A stretch of 64,000 bases of DNA from Candidatus Altiarchaeota archaeon (GCA_043804895.1 JAZDIN010000025.1:36764-100763), one strand, 5' to 3'; counted from the first letter of the stretch, positions 38,828-48,830 are shown. Translations and numbers: made by a program. The notes: a model not told the origin generated them from the sequence alone.

Positions 38828-40251
38828 AGATACTCCTCATTAACCCGCCGAACTACCACATAGCCAAATCCTCCTCAGGCTGGGACATGGAAATAGACAA
38901 CATCGGACTTTACCCCCCCATCGGCCTCATGTACATCGCTGCATACATGAGGAAGAACACAGACTATGAAATCAGGATTCTTGACACGCTAGTTGACAGA
39001 TTAAGCTACGATGAGATAGGCGAACACGCCAGAAAATACAACCCAAACCTTGTGGGAGTAACCTCCTTCACCCTAACATTCTACGACGTTATGGAAACCA
39101 TCAAATCCGTACGGAAGGCCTGCCCGGGGGCGCACATAAACGTCGGAGGCCCACACACTTTCCTCTGGTGGGAGGATACGATCAAGAAACCAGAAGTAGA
39201 TTCAGTGCTCCTGGGTGAAGGTGAAGTTTCCTTCACCCAGCTTGCAGAAACGCTTGAAAGAAAAGGCGAACTGAAGGGTGTTAAAGGTATTGTACTTAAG
39301 GATGGCGACAAAATCATAAAGACCGGGAACGGTGAACTAATCAGGAATCTTGATGAACTGCCTTTCCCAGCATTTGATCTGGTCCCGTATAAGAGGTACA
39401 ACTCCATCAATTCACGCGAAAAATCACTGGCAGTCATATTCAGCTCTAGGGGGTGTCCATTCCAATGCACATACTGCGACAAGACCAACTTCCTCTACAG
39501 GGGCAGGAGCGTCGAGAACATACTGGATGAGATGCAACAGTACTATTCTGCCGGAATCCGCGAGTTCCTCTTCTTCGACGACCTGTTCAACATAAACCCC
39601 AAAAAGGTCATCGACGTCTCGGAGGGGATAATGCGCCGCGGATTCAAGATACGCTGGACGTTCAGGGCTAGGGTGGACCAGGTCACAGACGAAATGGTGA
39701 AGGCAGCGAAAAAATCAGGGTGCACCCTAATATCATTCGGGGTCGAAGACTGCACAGACGAAGGCCTGCGGATGATAAAAAAGGGGATAACGACAGAGCA
39801 GGTACTGGAGGCGGTCGAGACTGCCAAAAAGCATGGCCTTGAGACGAGCACCAACTGGATTATTGGCCTCCCACGGCACAAGAGCGAGAAGGATGTGATG
39901 GAGCTTTTGGATTTCGCGAAGAAGGTCGATTCCACATATGCTGAATTCACCATACTAGTGCCCTATTACGGCACGCAAATATACTGGGAGGGTATAACGA
40001 AGGGGGTTATCAAGGCCGGCATATGGGAGGGTTTCGTTAGGAGTCCACAACCAGACTTCCTCCTGCCCATGTGGGAAGAACACCTAAGTCGTGAAAAACT
40101 AAGCGAACTATATCACAAATGCTACAAAGGCTACTACTGGAGGTCGAAATACGTGCTAAAAAGCCTCCTTAACACAAAAAACCTCAACGAACTATGCAAG
40201 AAAGCAATCGCAGCCATGAAGATACTGGGTGTGGCGTCAAAGAAAAAATGA
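38824..40251 (+). CDS. Cobalamin-binding radical SAM protein
   Basis: 'LLINPP', 'PPIGLMYIAA', 'GGPH', 'GEGE', 'SRGCPFQCTYC', 'DDLF'. Confidence 0.92.
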   Translation: MKILLINPPNYHIAKSSSGWDMEIDNIGLYPPIGLMYIAAYMRKNTDYEIRILDTLVDRLSYDEIGEHARKYNPNLVGVTSFTLTFYDVMETIKSVRKACPGAHINVGGPHTFLWWEDTIKKPEVDSVLLGEGEVSFTQLAETLERKGELKGVKGIVLKDGDKIIKTGNGELIRNLDELPFPAFDLVPYKRYNSINSREKSLAVIFSSRGCPFQCTYCDKTNFLYRGRSVENILDEMQQYYSAGIREFLFFDDLFNINPKKVIDVSEGIMRRGFKIRWTFRARVDQVTDEMVKAAKKSGCTLISFGVEDCTDEGLRMIKKGITTEQVLEAVETAKKHGLETSTNWIIGLPRHKSEKDVMELLDFAKKVDSTYAEFTILVPYYGTQIYWEGITKGVIKAGIWEGFVRSPQPDFLLPMWEEHLSREKLSELYHKCYKGYYWRSKYVLKSLLNTKNLNELCKKAIAAMKILGVASKKK

Positions 40252-41201
40252 TAAAGAAAAAATACCTTGCATTAGTGAGCGTAGCACTAATACTCATAAT
40301 AATCTACTCGAGCAATCCTTCATCTCTGGTCGAGAATATACTTAAGATTAAGGTTGAAGTCCTACCCAAACTTGCCGCCCTCCTTATCATCTCGATTTTC
40401 TTGAGGACATTAAAGTGGCAGTTTGTCTTGAACAAAACAAAAAGGGTCTCGTTTGCATCGCTCCTCCCCGTTAACCTATCTGGTGTGCTTTTGCGCGATA
40501 CACTGCCTGCAAAGGTCGGTGAGCCACTTAAGGCGTTGCTTTTGAAGGATATCTTCAGCATACCAATCTCCAAGGGTATAGTATCTGTGGTGTGGGATCG
40601 ACTCATTGACTTCATAGCGCTTGCATCGCTTACAGTCCTGTTTCTCGCATTAACTCTGGGAAATTTTGGAAGTAGCGGTGTCTTAGCAGGGTTGGGTGGA
40701 ATTGCAATCGTACTTATTGCATGCGTTGTGGCCGTTTTCGGGCTGATTGATAAGAAAGTCGGAGCCATAGTCATAAAACCCTTCTCAAAAACCCTGTTCT
40801 TCAGGAGGTTTCTTACTGTAGATGCGGTGGATTCATTTTATTCGACCAGCGTAGGATTGACTAATGTTGTAATCAACTACATATTAACTCTTTTTTCAGT
40901 ATGTGTGGAGGGCCTTATGTTCTATGTTGTGTTATTGTCGATGGGTGTTAACATTAATCCACTATACGTTGTATCTGCCTTTTCCTTCTCTGTAATCTGT
41001 GGTTCTGTCAGTTTCCTCCCAGCAGGCATAGGTTCACTTGAGGCGGTCTTCATATTGTCTCTGATGTACGACGGCGTAAACCAAAGTCAGGCTGCTGCTT
41101 GCATAATATCTGTCCGGTCATTCAGCATACTATCAATGTATCTACTTGGACTTCTATCCTCCACAGTATGTATAAAAAAAGGCTCCAGCTTAGAATCCTA
41201 G
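40248..41201 (+). CDS. UPF0104 / lysylphosphatidylglycerol-synthase TM-domain flippase-like protein
   Basis: 'R..KW', 'LPAKVGE', 'DRLID', 'PAGIGSLEA', 'R'; multi-TM. Confidence 0.82.
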   Translation: MIKKKYLALVSVALILIIIYSSNPSSLVENILKIKVEVLPKLAALLIISIFLRTLKWQFVLNKTKRVSFASLLPVNLSGVLLRDTLPAKVGEPLKALLLKDIFSIPISKGIVSVVWDRLIDFIALASLTVLFLALTLGNFGSSGVLAGLGGIAIVLIACVVAVFGLIDKKVGAIVIKPFSKTLFFRRFLTVDAVDSFYSTSVGLTNVVINYILTLFSVCVEGLMFYVVLLSMGVNINPLYVVSAFSFSVICGSVSFLPAGIGSLEAVFILSLMYDGVNQSQAAACIISVRSFSILSMYLLGLLSSTVCIKKGSSLES

Positions 41202-42182
41202 CTTCTCCTTCAAGATTAAGATAATGCCCTCAACCATGCCAACACCCATGGCTAGGCTTCTGTATATCATGAGTGGGAATACTAGGAGTGTCTCAGTTTT
41301 TTGAAATTTCTTAGATATTGTTATAGTGTAGTTGAGCATGAGCGCCAGGTAGAAGATGAGAAGGAGGATATATGGTGTGGTTAGTTGTGGCTCTACTACT
41401 ACTGGCAACAGACTTAAAATAAGAACCCACACGAGCGGCGGTGTTATCATTAGCGTCGGATTCGCCAAGTTGTCTCCTTTGATGCCGTGCGGGTGTTTTA
41501 TAAGTATCTGGAACCTGGACTTTGAGGTTTGGGATTGCTGCCTCCAGTATGATTTAAGGCCCGCCCTGTGGTAATGCCAGACCCTTGCTTTAGGGTTGAA
41601 TTCTATCTTGTAGCCTGCCTCGTTGACCCTGTATCCTATGTCTACGTCGTAGCCTGTCCTGAACTGAGTGTCATAGCCCCCAACCTCTTCAAGTACTTTC
41701 CTCCTGTATGCTAGGTTGCTGTCCTGCGGCGAGAGGATGTATCTTGGGTATCTTGAGTATCTGTATTCCAGCTCGTATCCTATTAGTCTCTGGAGGATGT
41801 TCATACCATCCGGCGTTATCACATTCCCCGTGGCTCCGCCCACCGCGGAATCCTGGAAGGGCTTTAGTATCTCAGTCAGCCAGTCTTTCGCGACGACGCA
41901 GTCTGCATTGGTCACCGCAACCAAATCGGACTTAGCGGCCTTCCACCCGATGTTGATTGCGTTTCCAGCCCCGAGGACGCCACCCCCCTTCAGTATCGTC
42001 GTCTCTATCCTAAGGTGTTCCCTCTTGAACTTTCTCATAATCTCGAAAGTCTTGTCTGTGCTGCCGTCATCAATCAGAATCAATTCGAACCCATCTGGGA
42101 ATTCCAACTCGGCTATCGACTTAAGGCACATCTCTAATGTGTCTTGCCCGTTCTTGCATGGTATCACAATGCTTGCCTTCAC
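41190..42182 (-). CDS. GT2 glycosyltransferase with C-terminal TM helices
   Basis: 'IVIPCKN', 'IDDGSTD', 'NADC', 'GGYD', 'DVDIGYR'. Confidence 0.88.
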   Translation of the reverse strand: MKASIVIPCKNGQDTLEMCLKSIAELEFPDGFELILIDDGSTDKTFEIMRKFKREHLRIETTILKGGGVLGAGNAINIGWKAAKSDLVAVTNADCVVAKDWLTEILKPFQDSAVGGATGNVITPDGMNILQRLIGYELEYRYSRYPRYILSPQDSNLAYRRKVLEEVGGYDTQFRTGYDVDIGYRVNEAGYKIEFNPKARVWHYHRAGLKSYWRQQSQTSKSRFQILIKHPHGIKGDNLANPTLMITPPLVWVLILSLLPVVVEPQLTTPYILLLIFYLALMLNYTITISKKFQKTETLLVFPLMIYRSLAMGVGMVEGIILILKEKLGF

Positions 42183-43084
42183 TTAAGCTGCCTCCTGATA
42201 AGCTGGTCTAAGAGTATGTTCTGGCTTCTTATGGAGTGTAGTATAAGGCCGATTGCTATGAACTGTATGCCAAGGATTATGAAGGAGAGGGATGCGATTA
42301 GGCTGAGCATCATCATCTGGCTGTATGGAGTCGACGTCAGTGAGAGAATCGATATTATGAGGCCAATTGTGAGGGACACTATCGACAGTATCGAGAACAG
42401 GAACATCGGCCTATAGTCCCTCAACAGGGTTATTATCGTCCATAGTATTATGAAGCCGTCACTGAAGGAGTCGAGCTTGGATTCGCTACCTTTCGGGCGG
42501 GACCTGTATCTTATCGGAACCTCCTTTATTCTGAAATTCTCTATTAGGGTCCTTATCGTCAGTTCAGTCTCTATCTCAAAGCCACTTGATATAAGGTTAA
42601 GGTGTTTGGCAAGGTTCCGGTTCAACACCCTGTATCCAGAGAGCACGTCCTCAAGTTTCATGCCGAAGGAAGTGTTTATCATGGTGACTATAGCCCAGTT
42701 GCCAAAGACATGGAGCCTCTTCATCGAATCCGATTCCTTGTCCCCAATCCTTGAGCCTACTGTCATGTCACATTCGCCGTCCAAGACTGGCTTTAGAAGA
42801 TTCTTAACGTCCTCTGCAGGGTACGTGTCGTCCCCGTCAACAAATACGTAGTAGTCTGCATCGATGTTGTCAAGGGCGGATTTCATCACGAAACCCTTGC
42901 CTCTGCGCGTTTCAGTCAGGACCTTGGCCCCGGCTTTCTTTGCAGCCTCCACAGTCCCATCGGTTGAGTTGTTGTTGTAGACTATTATGTCGGCGTCTGG
43001 AATCTCCCTCCTGAAATCCTTCACCACCTTTCCTATACTCTTCTCCTCGTTCAAGGCCGGGATTATTACTGCTGTCCTCACCAT
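42179..43084 (-). CDS. GT2 polyprenol-phosphate glycosyltransferase with two C-terminal TMs
   Basis: 'IIPALNEE', 'GKG', 'VDGDDTY', 'D.LSGYR', 'FEIETE'; start ATG 43084. Confidence 0.9.
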   Translation of the reverse strand: MVRTAVIIPALNEEKSIGKVVKDFRREIPDADIIVYNNNSTDGTVEAAKKAGAKVLTETRRGKGFVMKSALDNIDADYYVFVDGDDTYPAEDVKNLLKPVLDGECDMTVGSRIGDKESDSMKRLHVFGNWAIVTMINTSFGMKLEDVLSGYRVLNRNLAKHLNLISSGFEIETELTIRTLIENFRIKEVPIRYRSRPKGSESKLDSFSDGFIILWTIITLLRDYRPMFLFSILSIVSLTIGLIISILSLTSTPYSQMMMLSLIASLSFIILGIQFIAIGLILHSIRSQNILLDQLIRRQLK

Positions 43085-44463
43085 TTTTTCCAAAACATCG
43101 CAGGCAACGCATACCTTGCCGCACTCAAAATGTGCTCCAATTCCCCGGGGTTCCTGAGGGTCCTCAGCATATACTTGGGTCTCAGGTAATAAGACCTGAC
43201 GCCCCTTTTCGCCCACTCCCTGATTTCCTCGTTGCTCATGTGCGGGTAGCTAACTTCGCCGTTTTTTAGGCAGCCTCTTGAATTGAGCTCCGCATACATC
43301 GGGGCTGCCTTCGTGATTACTGGTATTGAGTACTGTATTGTCTCCACGTCAAGCGAATTAGCCCAATTTACCGTGTTTTTTATCGTCTCCTCCGTCTCTC
43401 CTGGCAGTCCGACTACGAAGTCTGCGTGTATCTCAAGGCCAGCTTTTTTAGCGTCTTTCGTGAACCTCTCCATAGTCTCCCTTGTAATGCCTTTCCTTAT
43501 GTTTTTCAGTATCGTCGGGTCAGCGGATTCATACCCTACATGCAACACCCTACATCCCGCCTTCTTCATCTTCTCCATCGTCTCAAGCTTCAGGTCGCCT
43601 TTGGCGTAGCAGCCCCATGTCACATCCAGCTTTTGCCTTATCACCTCCTCAGAAATCTCATCAGCCCACCATCCTGGCAGCATGTCATCTTGGAAGAACT
43701 GCTCCTTAATCTGCGGGAGGTTCTCCTTCACCCATCTCATCTCCTCCACGACATTGCTGGCGCTCCTGTGCCTGTACACTCCGGCCTCAGTTAGGGTGTT
43801 AACCCACAGGCAGAAGGTGCACATACCCCACACGCACCCGCGGCCTGTGAACATGTCAATGAACGGGTGCTTTTGCGCCACGACATGGTAGTTCCTGAAG
43901 TCCAGGTTCCTGCTGTAGAATTCGGTCACGAATGGGAAACTGTCTAAGTCTCCCTCAGGAATAGGAGGCCTCGGCTTGTTCTTAACGATTTTTCCGTTCC
44001 TCCTCCACATCAACCCCTCGATTTCAGCCGAGTTTTTGCCTGCAGCCAGGTCCCGTATGGTGTAGTCGAACTCACCGTATGCGACGTAGTCTATCTCATC
44101 AGAGGAGTTCATGACAGCGTCCGTGTCAATCGTAACCCAAGGGCCTGCGTAGACGATTCTCGAGCCAGTCTGCGACTTTATCTCATCGGCCAGTTTGGAG
44201 TCGTCTTTGAGGCTTCTCGTCGAACTATACAGTAGCGTCAAATCAGGCGATAACTTCTTAGCCTTCTCAAGTACCTGTTCAGGCGTCAGGTTCTCTGGTG
44301 GGGCGTCGACAAGCTTGACATTATGTCCCTCACGTTCAAGCAGGGCTCCGCAGTATCCGAGCCATATGGGGTACCATTGCGTGCCTGAGATTGACACTCC
44401 TTCACATCGCGCGTTCCGCATGAAATACTTCACGTACGGCGGATTCAGTAACAAGACATCCAT
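43078..44463 (-). CDS. HpnJ-like cobalamin-binding radical SAM protein
   Basis: 'LLNPP...R.....WYPIWL', 'LVDAP', 'GEFDYT', 'TGRGCVWGMCTFCLW', 'GYES', 'GLPGET.ET'. The motif pattern matches HpnJ-type proteins. Confidence 0.8.
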   Translation of the reverse strand: MDVLLLNPPYVKYFMRNARCEGVSISGTQWYPIWLGYCGALLEREGHNVKLVDAPPENLTPEQVLEKAKKLSPDLTLLYSSTRSLKDDSKLADEIKSQTGSRIVYAGPWVTIDTDAVMNSSDEIDYVAYGEFDYTIRDLAAGKNSAEIEGLMWRRNGKIVKNKPRPPIPEGDLDSFPFVTEFYSRNLDFRNYHVVAQKHPFIDMFTGRGCVWGMCTFCLWVNTLTEAGVYRHRSASNVVEEMRWVKENLPQIKEQFFQDDMLPGWWADEISEEVIRQKLDVTWGCYAKGDLKLETMEKMKKAGCRVLHVGYESADPTILKNIRKGITRETMERFTKDAKKAGLEIHADFVVGLPGETEETIKNTVNWANSLDVETIQYSIPVITKAAPMYAELNSRGCLKNGEVSYPHMSNEEIREWAKRGVRSYYLRPKYMLRTLRNPGELEHILSAARYALPAMFWKKW

Positions 44464-44555
44464 TGCTGTTCATCTCATGTTTGCCAGCATTTATCCCCTA
44501 CCCTTGCTGTCGTACTCTATGTATGGCTTTATCCCCTTAAAGCGGTCGCATACTC

Positions 44556-45275
44556 TCATCTTAACCTTAGGATTTTGGCAACCCTTGAAAGGAACCCTAA
44601 GGCGAGGACTCTCGAATATCCTGGGCCTATGTTCATGTAGTTGAGCTTTGACTTTCCCTGCCTGCGGTCGACGTAGCTGATGGGTATCTCGCCTATTCTA
44701 TAACCTTCTATCGTGGCTTTCACCACAAGTTCGGAGTGTATCTCAGGCCCCGTTGACTTCAGATTCAGGGATTCGAACGTTTTTTTGTGGAATCCCCTGT
44801 AGCCGCTTGTTATGTCAGCCACTTTGACACTGATGAGCGCTCTGGAGACTATGTTGTAGGTGCCTGATATAACATTCCTTGTGGTCCCCCTCTTGAGGTT
44901 ACCCCCGCTCATGAACCTTGAACCAACTACCACATCATGCTCCTTCAAACTATTAACGAAGTTTGCTATCTCCTTTGGGTCATGGCTTAGGTCAGCATCC
45001 ATGAAAACCACCAATTCGTTTGATGCAACGCCGACACCCTCCCTGAGTGCATTGCCGAGGCCATTTCTGACCTCTCTAGCAAGCACTTTAACATTCCCGT
45101 ATACGGAGTTCATCTTCCGCGCCAGTTCTGGTGTCCCATCAGTTGATAAGTCGTCCACGACAATAACCTCACCATGTAAGCCTGCAGCATCGAAAATCCT
45201 CTCTACCCTTGGTATCAGCTCTTTTATGTTTTCAGCCTCGTTTATGGTCGGTATAACAACTGAAACTGAGTCCAT
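44556..45275 (-). CDS. GT2 dolichol-phosphate mannose synthase-like
   Basis: 'VIPTINE', 'VDDLSTDGT', 'MDADLSH', 'GSRF', 'DITSGYR'. Confidence 0.9.
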   Translation of the reverse strand: MDSVSVVIPTINEAENIKELIPRVERIFDAAGLHGEVIVVDDLSTDGTPELARKMNSVYGNVKVLAREVRNGLGNALREGVGVASNELVVFMDADLSHDPKEIANFVNSLKEHDVVVGSRFMSGGNLKRGTTRNVISGTYNIVSRALISVKVADITSGYRGFHKKTFESLNLKSTGPEIHSELVVKATIEGYRIGEIPISYVDRRQGKSKLNYMNIGPGYSRVLALGFLSRVAKILRLR

Positions 45276-45279
45276 ATGT

Positions 45280-46170
45280 TCAACCGCCAGCCTCCTTTAT
45301 CCTCCCTAACCCCTCTGCCATACTGGTTTTTGGTTTCCAACCTAATGCGCAGAGTTTTGTGTTGTCTGAGCGTATATCCTTACTCTCCTTCCTCAACTTA
45401 GCTGAATCCAGATTAACCTCTGGTCTGCGTCCGTATAATCCAGCCGCTGTCTTAACAACGTCGCCTAATTGCATGCTTTTTCCGCCGCCGACGTTGAAGA
45501 TGTTTAATCCCCTGACTCGTTTTTCTATGAGTATCATGTATGCGTCCACTAGGTCGTCTACGTATAGAAAGTCCCTCTTAACTGTGATGTTTCCCAACTT
45601 GAGTTTATTGCCTTCTGAAAGCTGATTTAAAAGTGTGGGTATGAAAAAGTCGCCCGCCTGTCCTGGCCCGTAGATATTAAACTGTCGAAGTATTATGAAA
45701 AATCCTCCCCGTTCCTCGTGGAATACTCTTATTAGGTCTTCAGCAGCCTTTTTAGACCTACCGTAGCTGTTCGTCGGATTTGTTGGGTGTTTTTCGTCAA
45801 CAGGCAGATACTTCGGTTCACCATAAACCTTCGAGGATGATGCGAAGATGTAATTCGCATTCTCGCACTTGGTATGGAACTTAAGCGTATTGTATGTTCC
45901 AATGACGTTTATATCGTACGTCTTAAGCAAATCTTCCTCTGCTTCGGGTATAAATGAAATTCCTGCAAGATGCACGACACAGTCTATGTCCAAGGGCAGG
46001 CTCCTGAAACTCCGGAAGTCCGATACATCAACACTGTGGTGTTCCACACCTGCCAATCCGGCACGCTTGATGTCGGCGCCGACAACTGCATACCCGCCCT
46101 CGACAAGGCGTTTGCACAGGTTGGCTCCTATGAATCCAGAGTAGCCGGTGACCAGAATGTTACCAGTCAA
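45280..46170 (-). CDS. GDP-sugar reductase/epimerase-like SDR
   Basis: 'VTGYSGFIG', 'HLAG', 'YGRSK', 'FNIYGPGQ', 'RDFL'; probable TTG start at 46170. Confidence 0.82.
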   Translation of the reverse strand: MTGNILVTGYSGFIGANLCKRLVEGGYAVVGADIKRAGLAGVEHHSVDVSDFRSFRSLPLDIDCVVHLAGISFIPEAEEDLLKTYDINVIGTYNTLKFHTKCENANYIFASSSKVYGEPKYLPVDEKHPTNPTNSYGRSKKAAEDLIRVFHEERGGFFIILRQFNIYGPGQAGDFFIPTLLNQLSEGNKLKLGNITVKRDFLYVDDLVDAYMILIEKRVRGLNIFNVGGGKSMQLGDVVKTAAGLYGRRPEVNLDSAKLRKESKDIRSDNTKLCALGWKPKTSMAEGLGRIKEAGG

Positions 46171-47230
46171 TCCTACCCCACCATTTATCCTTGTTTTCTG
46201 CGTAGTATTTGATGGTCTCCTTAACACTTTCCCTTCTGTCATGCCGGGGTATCCATCCTGTCTCTCTCCTCATCTTCGTATAATCCACTCCAAGCCTCAT
46301 CAAGTCGGTCTTACCTGGTCTGTACCTCACTTTATCCTCCCTCACCTTGACAGTACCCCAATACCCTTCCTCCTGTCCACATTCTATTATGAATTTGGCC
46401 CAGTCGCCAATGCTAATGTCCTTGCCGTAGCCGTAGGAGTATGTCTGCCCTGGCTTCCCTTTGAGTGTCGCGTAGATGTGTCCTCTCACGCCATCTAGGA
46501 CGTAGGTGAAGTCTCTCGTAGGCTTAAGTGCCCCCAATAGCACCTCCTTCTTGTTCAGGGCCTGCGTTATAATTGTCCCTGTCACATACCTGGGACTCTG
46601 CCTTGGGCCGTAGTTGTTGAACATACGGGTTATAACCGTCGGCACGCCATAGGCGTTGTAGAAGTTCTTGCATAGGAAGTCTCCCGCGACTTTAGAGACT
46701 GCATAAGGGCTTTCGGGATTGATAGGGCTTCTCTCGTTGAATATGATTATGCCATCCTTGTTGAACGTGTACAGGTCTTTCATCTCCTCTACCATGTTGC
46801 CGAATTCTTCGCTCGTGCCTGCAAAGTCCATTTTCAACAGGTCAAGGTCCTCATCGACTACCGATTGTAGGATGTTTAGCGTCCCGATGGTGTTCGCTTG
46901 GAATGTCTCATAAGGGCGCTGCCAGCTTTCCCCTACGTGTGCCTGCGCCCCAAGGTGGAAGATTATCGGCTTGTCTTTTGCCTCAGCCTTGAGCCTCCTG
47001 ATAGTCAACCTCACTGACAAGGGGTCGGCTAGGTCTCCTCTGTGCACCTTGACTTTCCTCAGGAGATGCCCGATGTTCTTCATCTCCCCGCTTGATGTCG
47101 CCCTAATGAACACATGAACGTCGCTTCCGTATTCAACAAGCTTCTCTGTCAGGTGGCTTCCCATGAAGCCGTCAGCTCCCGTCACAAGGATCGTCCTATC
47201 CCTCAACTCCCCCACAAGCCTGTCTTCCAT
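46160..47230 (-). CDS. GDP-mannose 4,6-dehydratase-like SDR
   Basis: 'HLGAQAHVGESW', 'GTSEEFG', 'SPYAVSK', 'FNNYGPR', 'RDF', 'RP'; start ATG 47230. Confidence 0.82.
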   Translation of the reverse strand: MEDRLVGELRDRTILVTGADGFMGSHLTEKLVEYGSDVHVFIRATSSGEMKNIGHLLRKVKVHRGDLADPLSVRLTIRRLKAEAKDKPIIFHLGAQAHVGESWQRPYETFQANTIGTLNILQSVVDEDLDLLKMDFAGTSEEFGNMVEEMKDLYTFNKDGIIIFNERSPINPESPYAVSKVAGDFLCKNFYNAYGVPTVITRMFNNYGPRQSPRYVTGTIITQALNKKEVLLGALKPTRDFTYVLDGVRGHIYATLKGKPGQTYSYGYGKDISIGDWAKFIIECGQEEGYWGTVKVREDKVRYRPGKTDLMRLGVDYTKMRRETGWIPRHDRRESVKETIKYYAENKDKWWGRIDW

Positions 47231-47259
47231 AACCAAGATATTATTTTCCCCCGTTAAAA

Positions 47260-47376
47260 TATAGCGGATAGGGAATACTTTGGAATTTCGGTTTTCCCTA
47301 TCCAATATATCTAATAATCCTGGGGTTTGGTGAATTCTATTCTATGAAAGTTTAATTCTCAGGATTATTCGCTATA
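47260..47376. other. Intergenic three-way-junction inverted-repeat structure
   Basis: Outer TATAGCG/CGCTATA (47260-47266/47370-47376); inner GGATAGGGAA/TTCCCTATCC and AATAATCCTG/CAGGATTATT. Confidence 0.6.
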
Positions 47377-47384
47377 GCCAAAGT

Positions 47385-47732
47385 TCACTGGCCAAATCCT
47401 ATGAGGGTGACACCCAGGATGATGAACGCTATCCCTGCCCACTTTAATGTAGTCATCCTCTCCCCAAGGTATTTTTGTGAGAGTACGCACACCCAGATGT
47501 AGCCTGTTGAGACAAGCGGGAAGAGCACCGAAAGTTCACCGCCTTTTATGCCGATGACGTAGAAAACCGTGGATGACCCGTATATCAGCACTCCCTTCAT
47601 CAGGTCGAAGTTCGTCAATATGGACTTGATGTTGGGTTTCAGCTTTCCTGCTCCTTTCTTGAAGTAGAGCGAGCCAAACGAGCCAACGAATGCTGCAAGC
47701 AAGACCATAGCTGCAGCCCACGCCTCTGTCAT
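47385..47732 (-). CDS. Small EamA/SMR-type membrane protein (ArnE/ArnF-like)
   Basis: Four TMs, 'GELSVLFP', 'LGE......WAGI..I..GV'. Confidence 0.8.
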   Translation of the reverse strand: MTEAWAAAMVLLAAFVGSFGSLYFKKGAGKLKPNIKSILTNFDLMKGVLIYGSSTVFYVIGIKGGELSVLFPLVSTGYIWVCVLSQKYLGERMTTLKWAGIAFIILGVTLIGFGQ

Positions 47733-48097
47733 TTACCCCCCTCCGTGCTGCCGTAACCTATCAGGATGACTCCAACGACTATCGAGAATATCCCCGCCCA
47801 TTTCAGGGGGTTCATGCTGTCTGTTGCGAAGAACATCGGTGACATGATTGCTACCCAGATGAAGTTCATAGCATATATCGGGTAAAGCACAGACAGCTCA
47901 CCGTACTTTAATGAGACTACAAGTATCGCGGCGCTGAGGCCGTAGAGACAGTAACCGATTATTAGTGGTATGTTCGTTGCTACTGACATTATGTCAAGTA
48001 CTGTGCTGTTTACTCCGGTCTTGATGAGTATCTGACCTGACGCTGCGAACAATGTGGATAGGAACACCAGCCCCATAGCCCATCGTCTAGTCTTCAT
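47729..48097 (-). CDS. Small EamA/SMR-type membrane protein (ArnE/ArnF-like)
   Basis: Four TMs, 'GQILIK.G', 'GELSVLYP', 'WAGI'; paralog of its neighbour. Confidence 0.8.
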   Translation of the reverse strand: MKTRRWAMGLVFLSTLFAASGQILIKTGVNSTVLDIMSVATNIPLIIGYCLYGLSAAILVVSLKYGELSVLYPIYAMNFIWVAIMSPMFFATDSMNPLKWAGIFSIVVGVILIGYGSTEGGK

Positions 48098-48774
48098 CCC
48101 AAACCCAGCCTATATCTGTACAACCTATACAGGTGTCTGAGGTAGTTTATGTACTCCCCTAAGTTCAGTTTGCTTTCGCCAACCCTGCGGTCGCGGAAAA
48201 TGTAAGGCACCTCAACGACTCTCCCATACTTCCCCTTTACCAATATCTCAAGCCCAATCTTGAAGCCGACTGCATCCAACTTTACACCCTCAATAACCTC
48301 CCTTCTGAGGAAGAAATATCCTGACATGCAGTCTCTCACACCAGTTAGAGGTCTTGCAAGCATTTTCGCCCCCCTTGAGGTGAGTCGCCTCATAATAGGC
48401 CAGTTCTCGACTCCTCCTCCTTCAATGTATCGGCTTGCGAACACCATCCCCGCATCCCCATTCAGGATTGGCTGTATAAGTTTCGGAATAAGTCTCGGGG
48501 GGTGGCTGAAGTCAGCGTCCATGACACCGATTATCTCACCTGATGATGCATTGAGCCCGTCAAGTATAGCCGAAGACAATCCCAGCTTACCTTTCCTGTG
48601 GATGACCTTAATCCCGTATGTGACAGCTAGCTGGTCCGCCAACTCCCCCGTCCCATCCGGGCTTCCATCATCTACCACGACGACTTCGACATCTGCATTC
48701 GAGAGTATGTCCTCTACAAGCCCCTTAAGGTTCTTCACTTCATTGTATGTTGGCACGACGACTGAAGCACGCAT
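48094..48774 (-). CDS. Polyprenol monophosphomannose synthase-like GT2
   Basis: 'VPTYNE', 'VDDGSPDGT', 'MDADFSHPP', 'ASRY..GG', 'GFKI.LE', 'GESK'. Confidence 0.92.
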   Translation of the reverse strand: MRASVVVPTYNEVKNLKGLVEDILSNADVEVVVVDDGSPDGTGELADQLAVTYGIKVIHRKGKLGLSSAILDGLNASSGEIIGVMDADFSHPPRLIPKLIQPILNGDAGMVFASRYIEGGGVENWPIMRRLTSRGAKMLARPLTGVRDCMSGYFFLRREVIEGVKLDAVGFKIGLEILVKGKYGRVVEVPYIFRDRRVGESKLNLGEYINYLRHLYRLYRYRLGLG

Positions 48775-48830
48775 TTTTATGGTTAATGCATATAATTAGT
48801 GGAATATATTCGGTTTTGAGGTGGTTTCAG

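Noticed and set aside
35630..44463. Hopanoid biosynthesis
   Set aside because: Only HpnA-like and HpnJ-like tailoring homologs are present; there is no squalene synthase or cyclase in the window.
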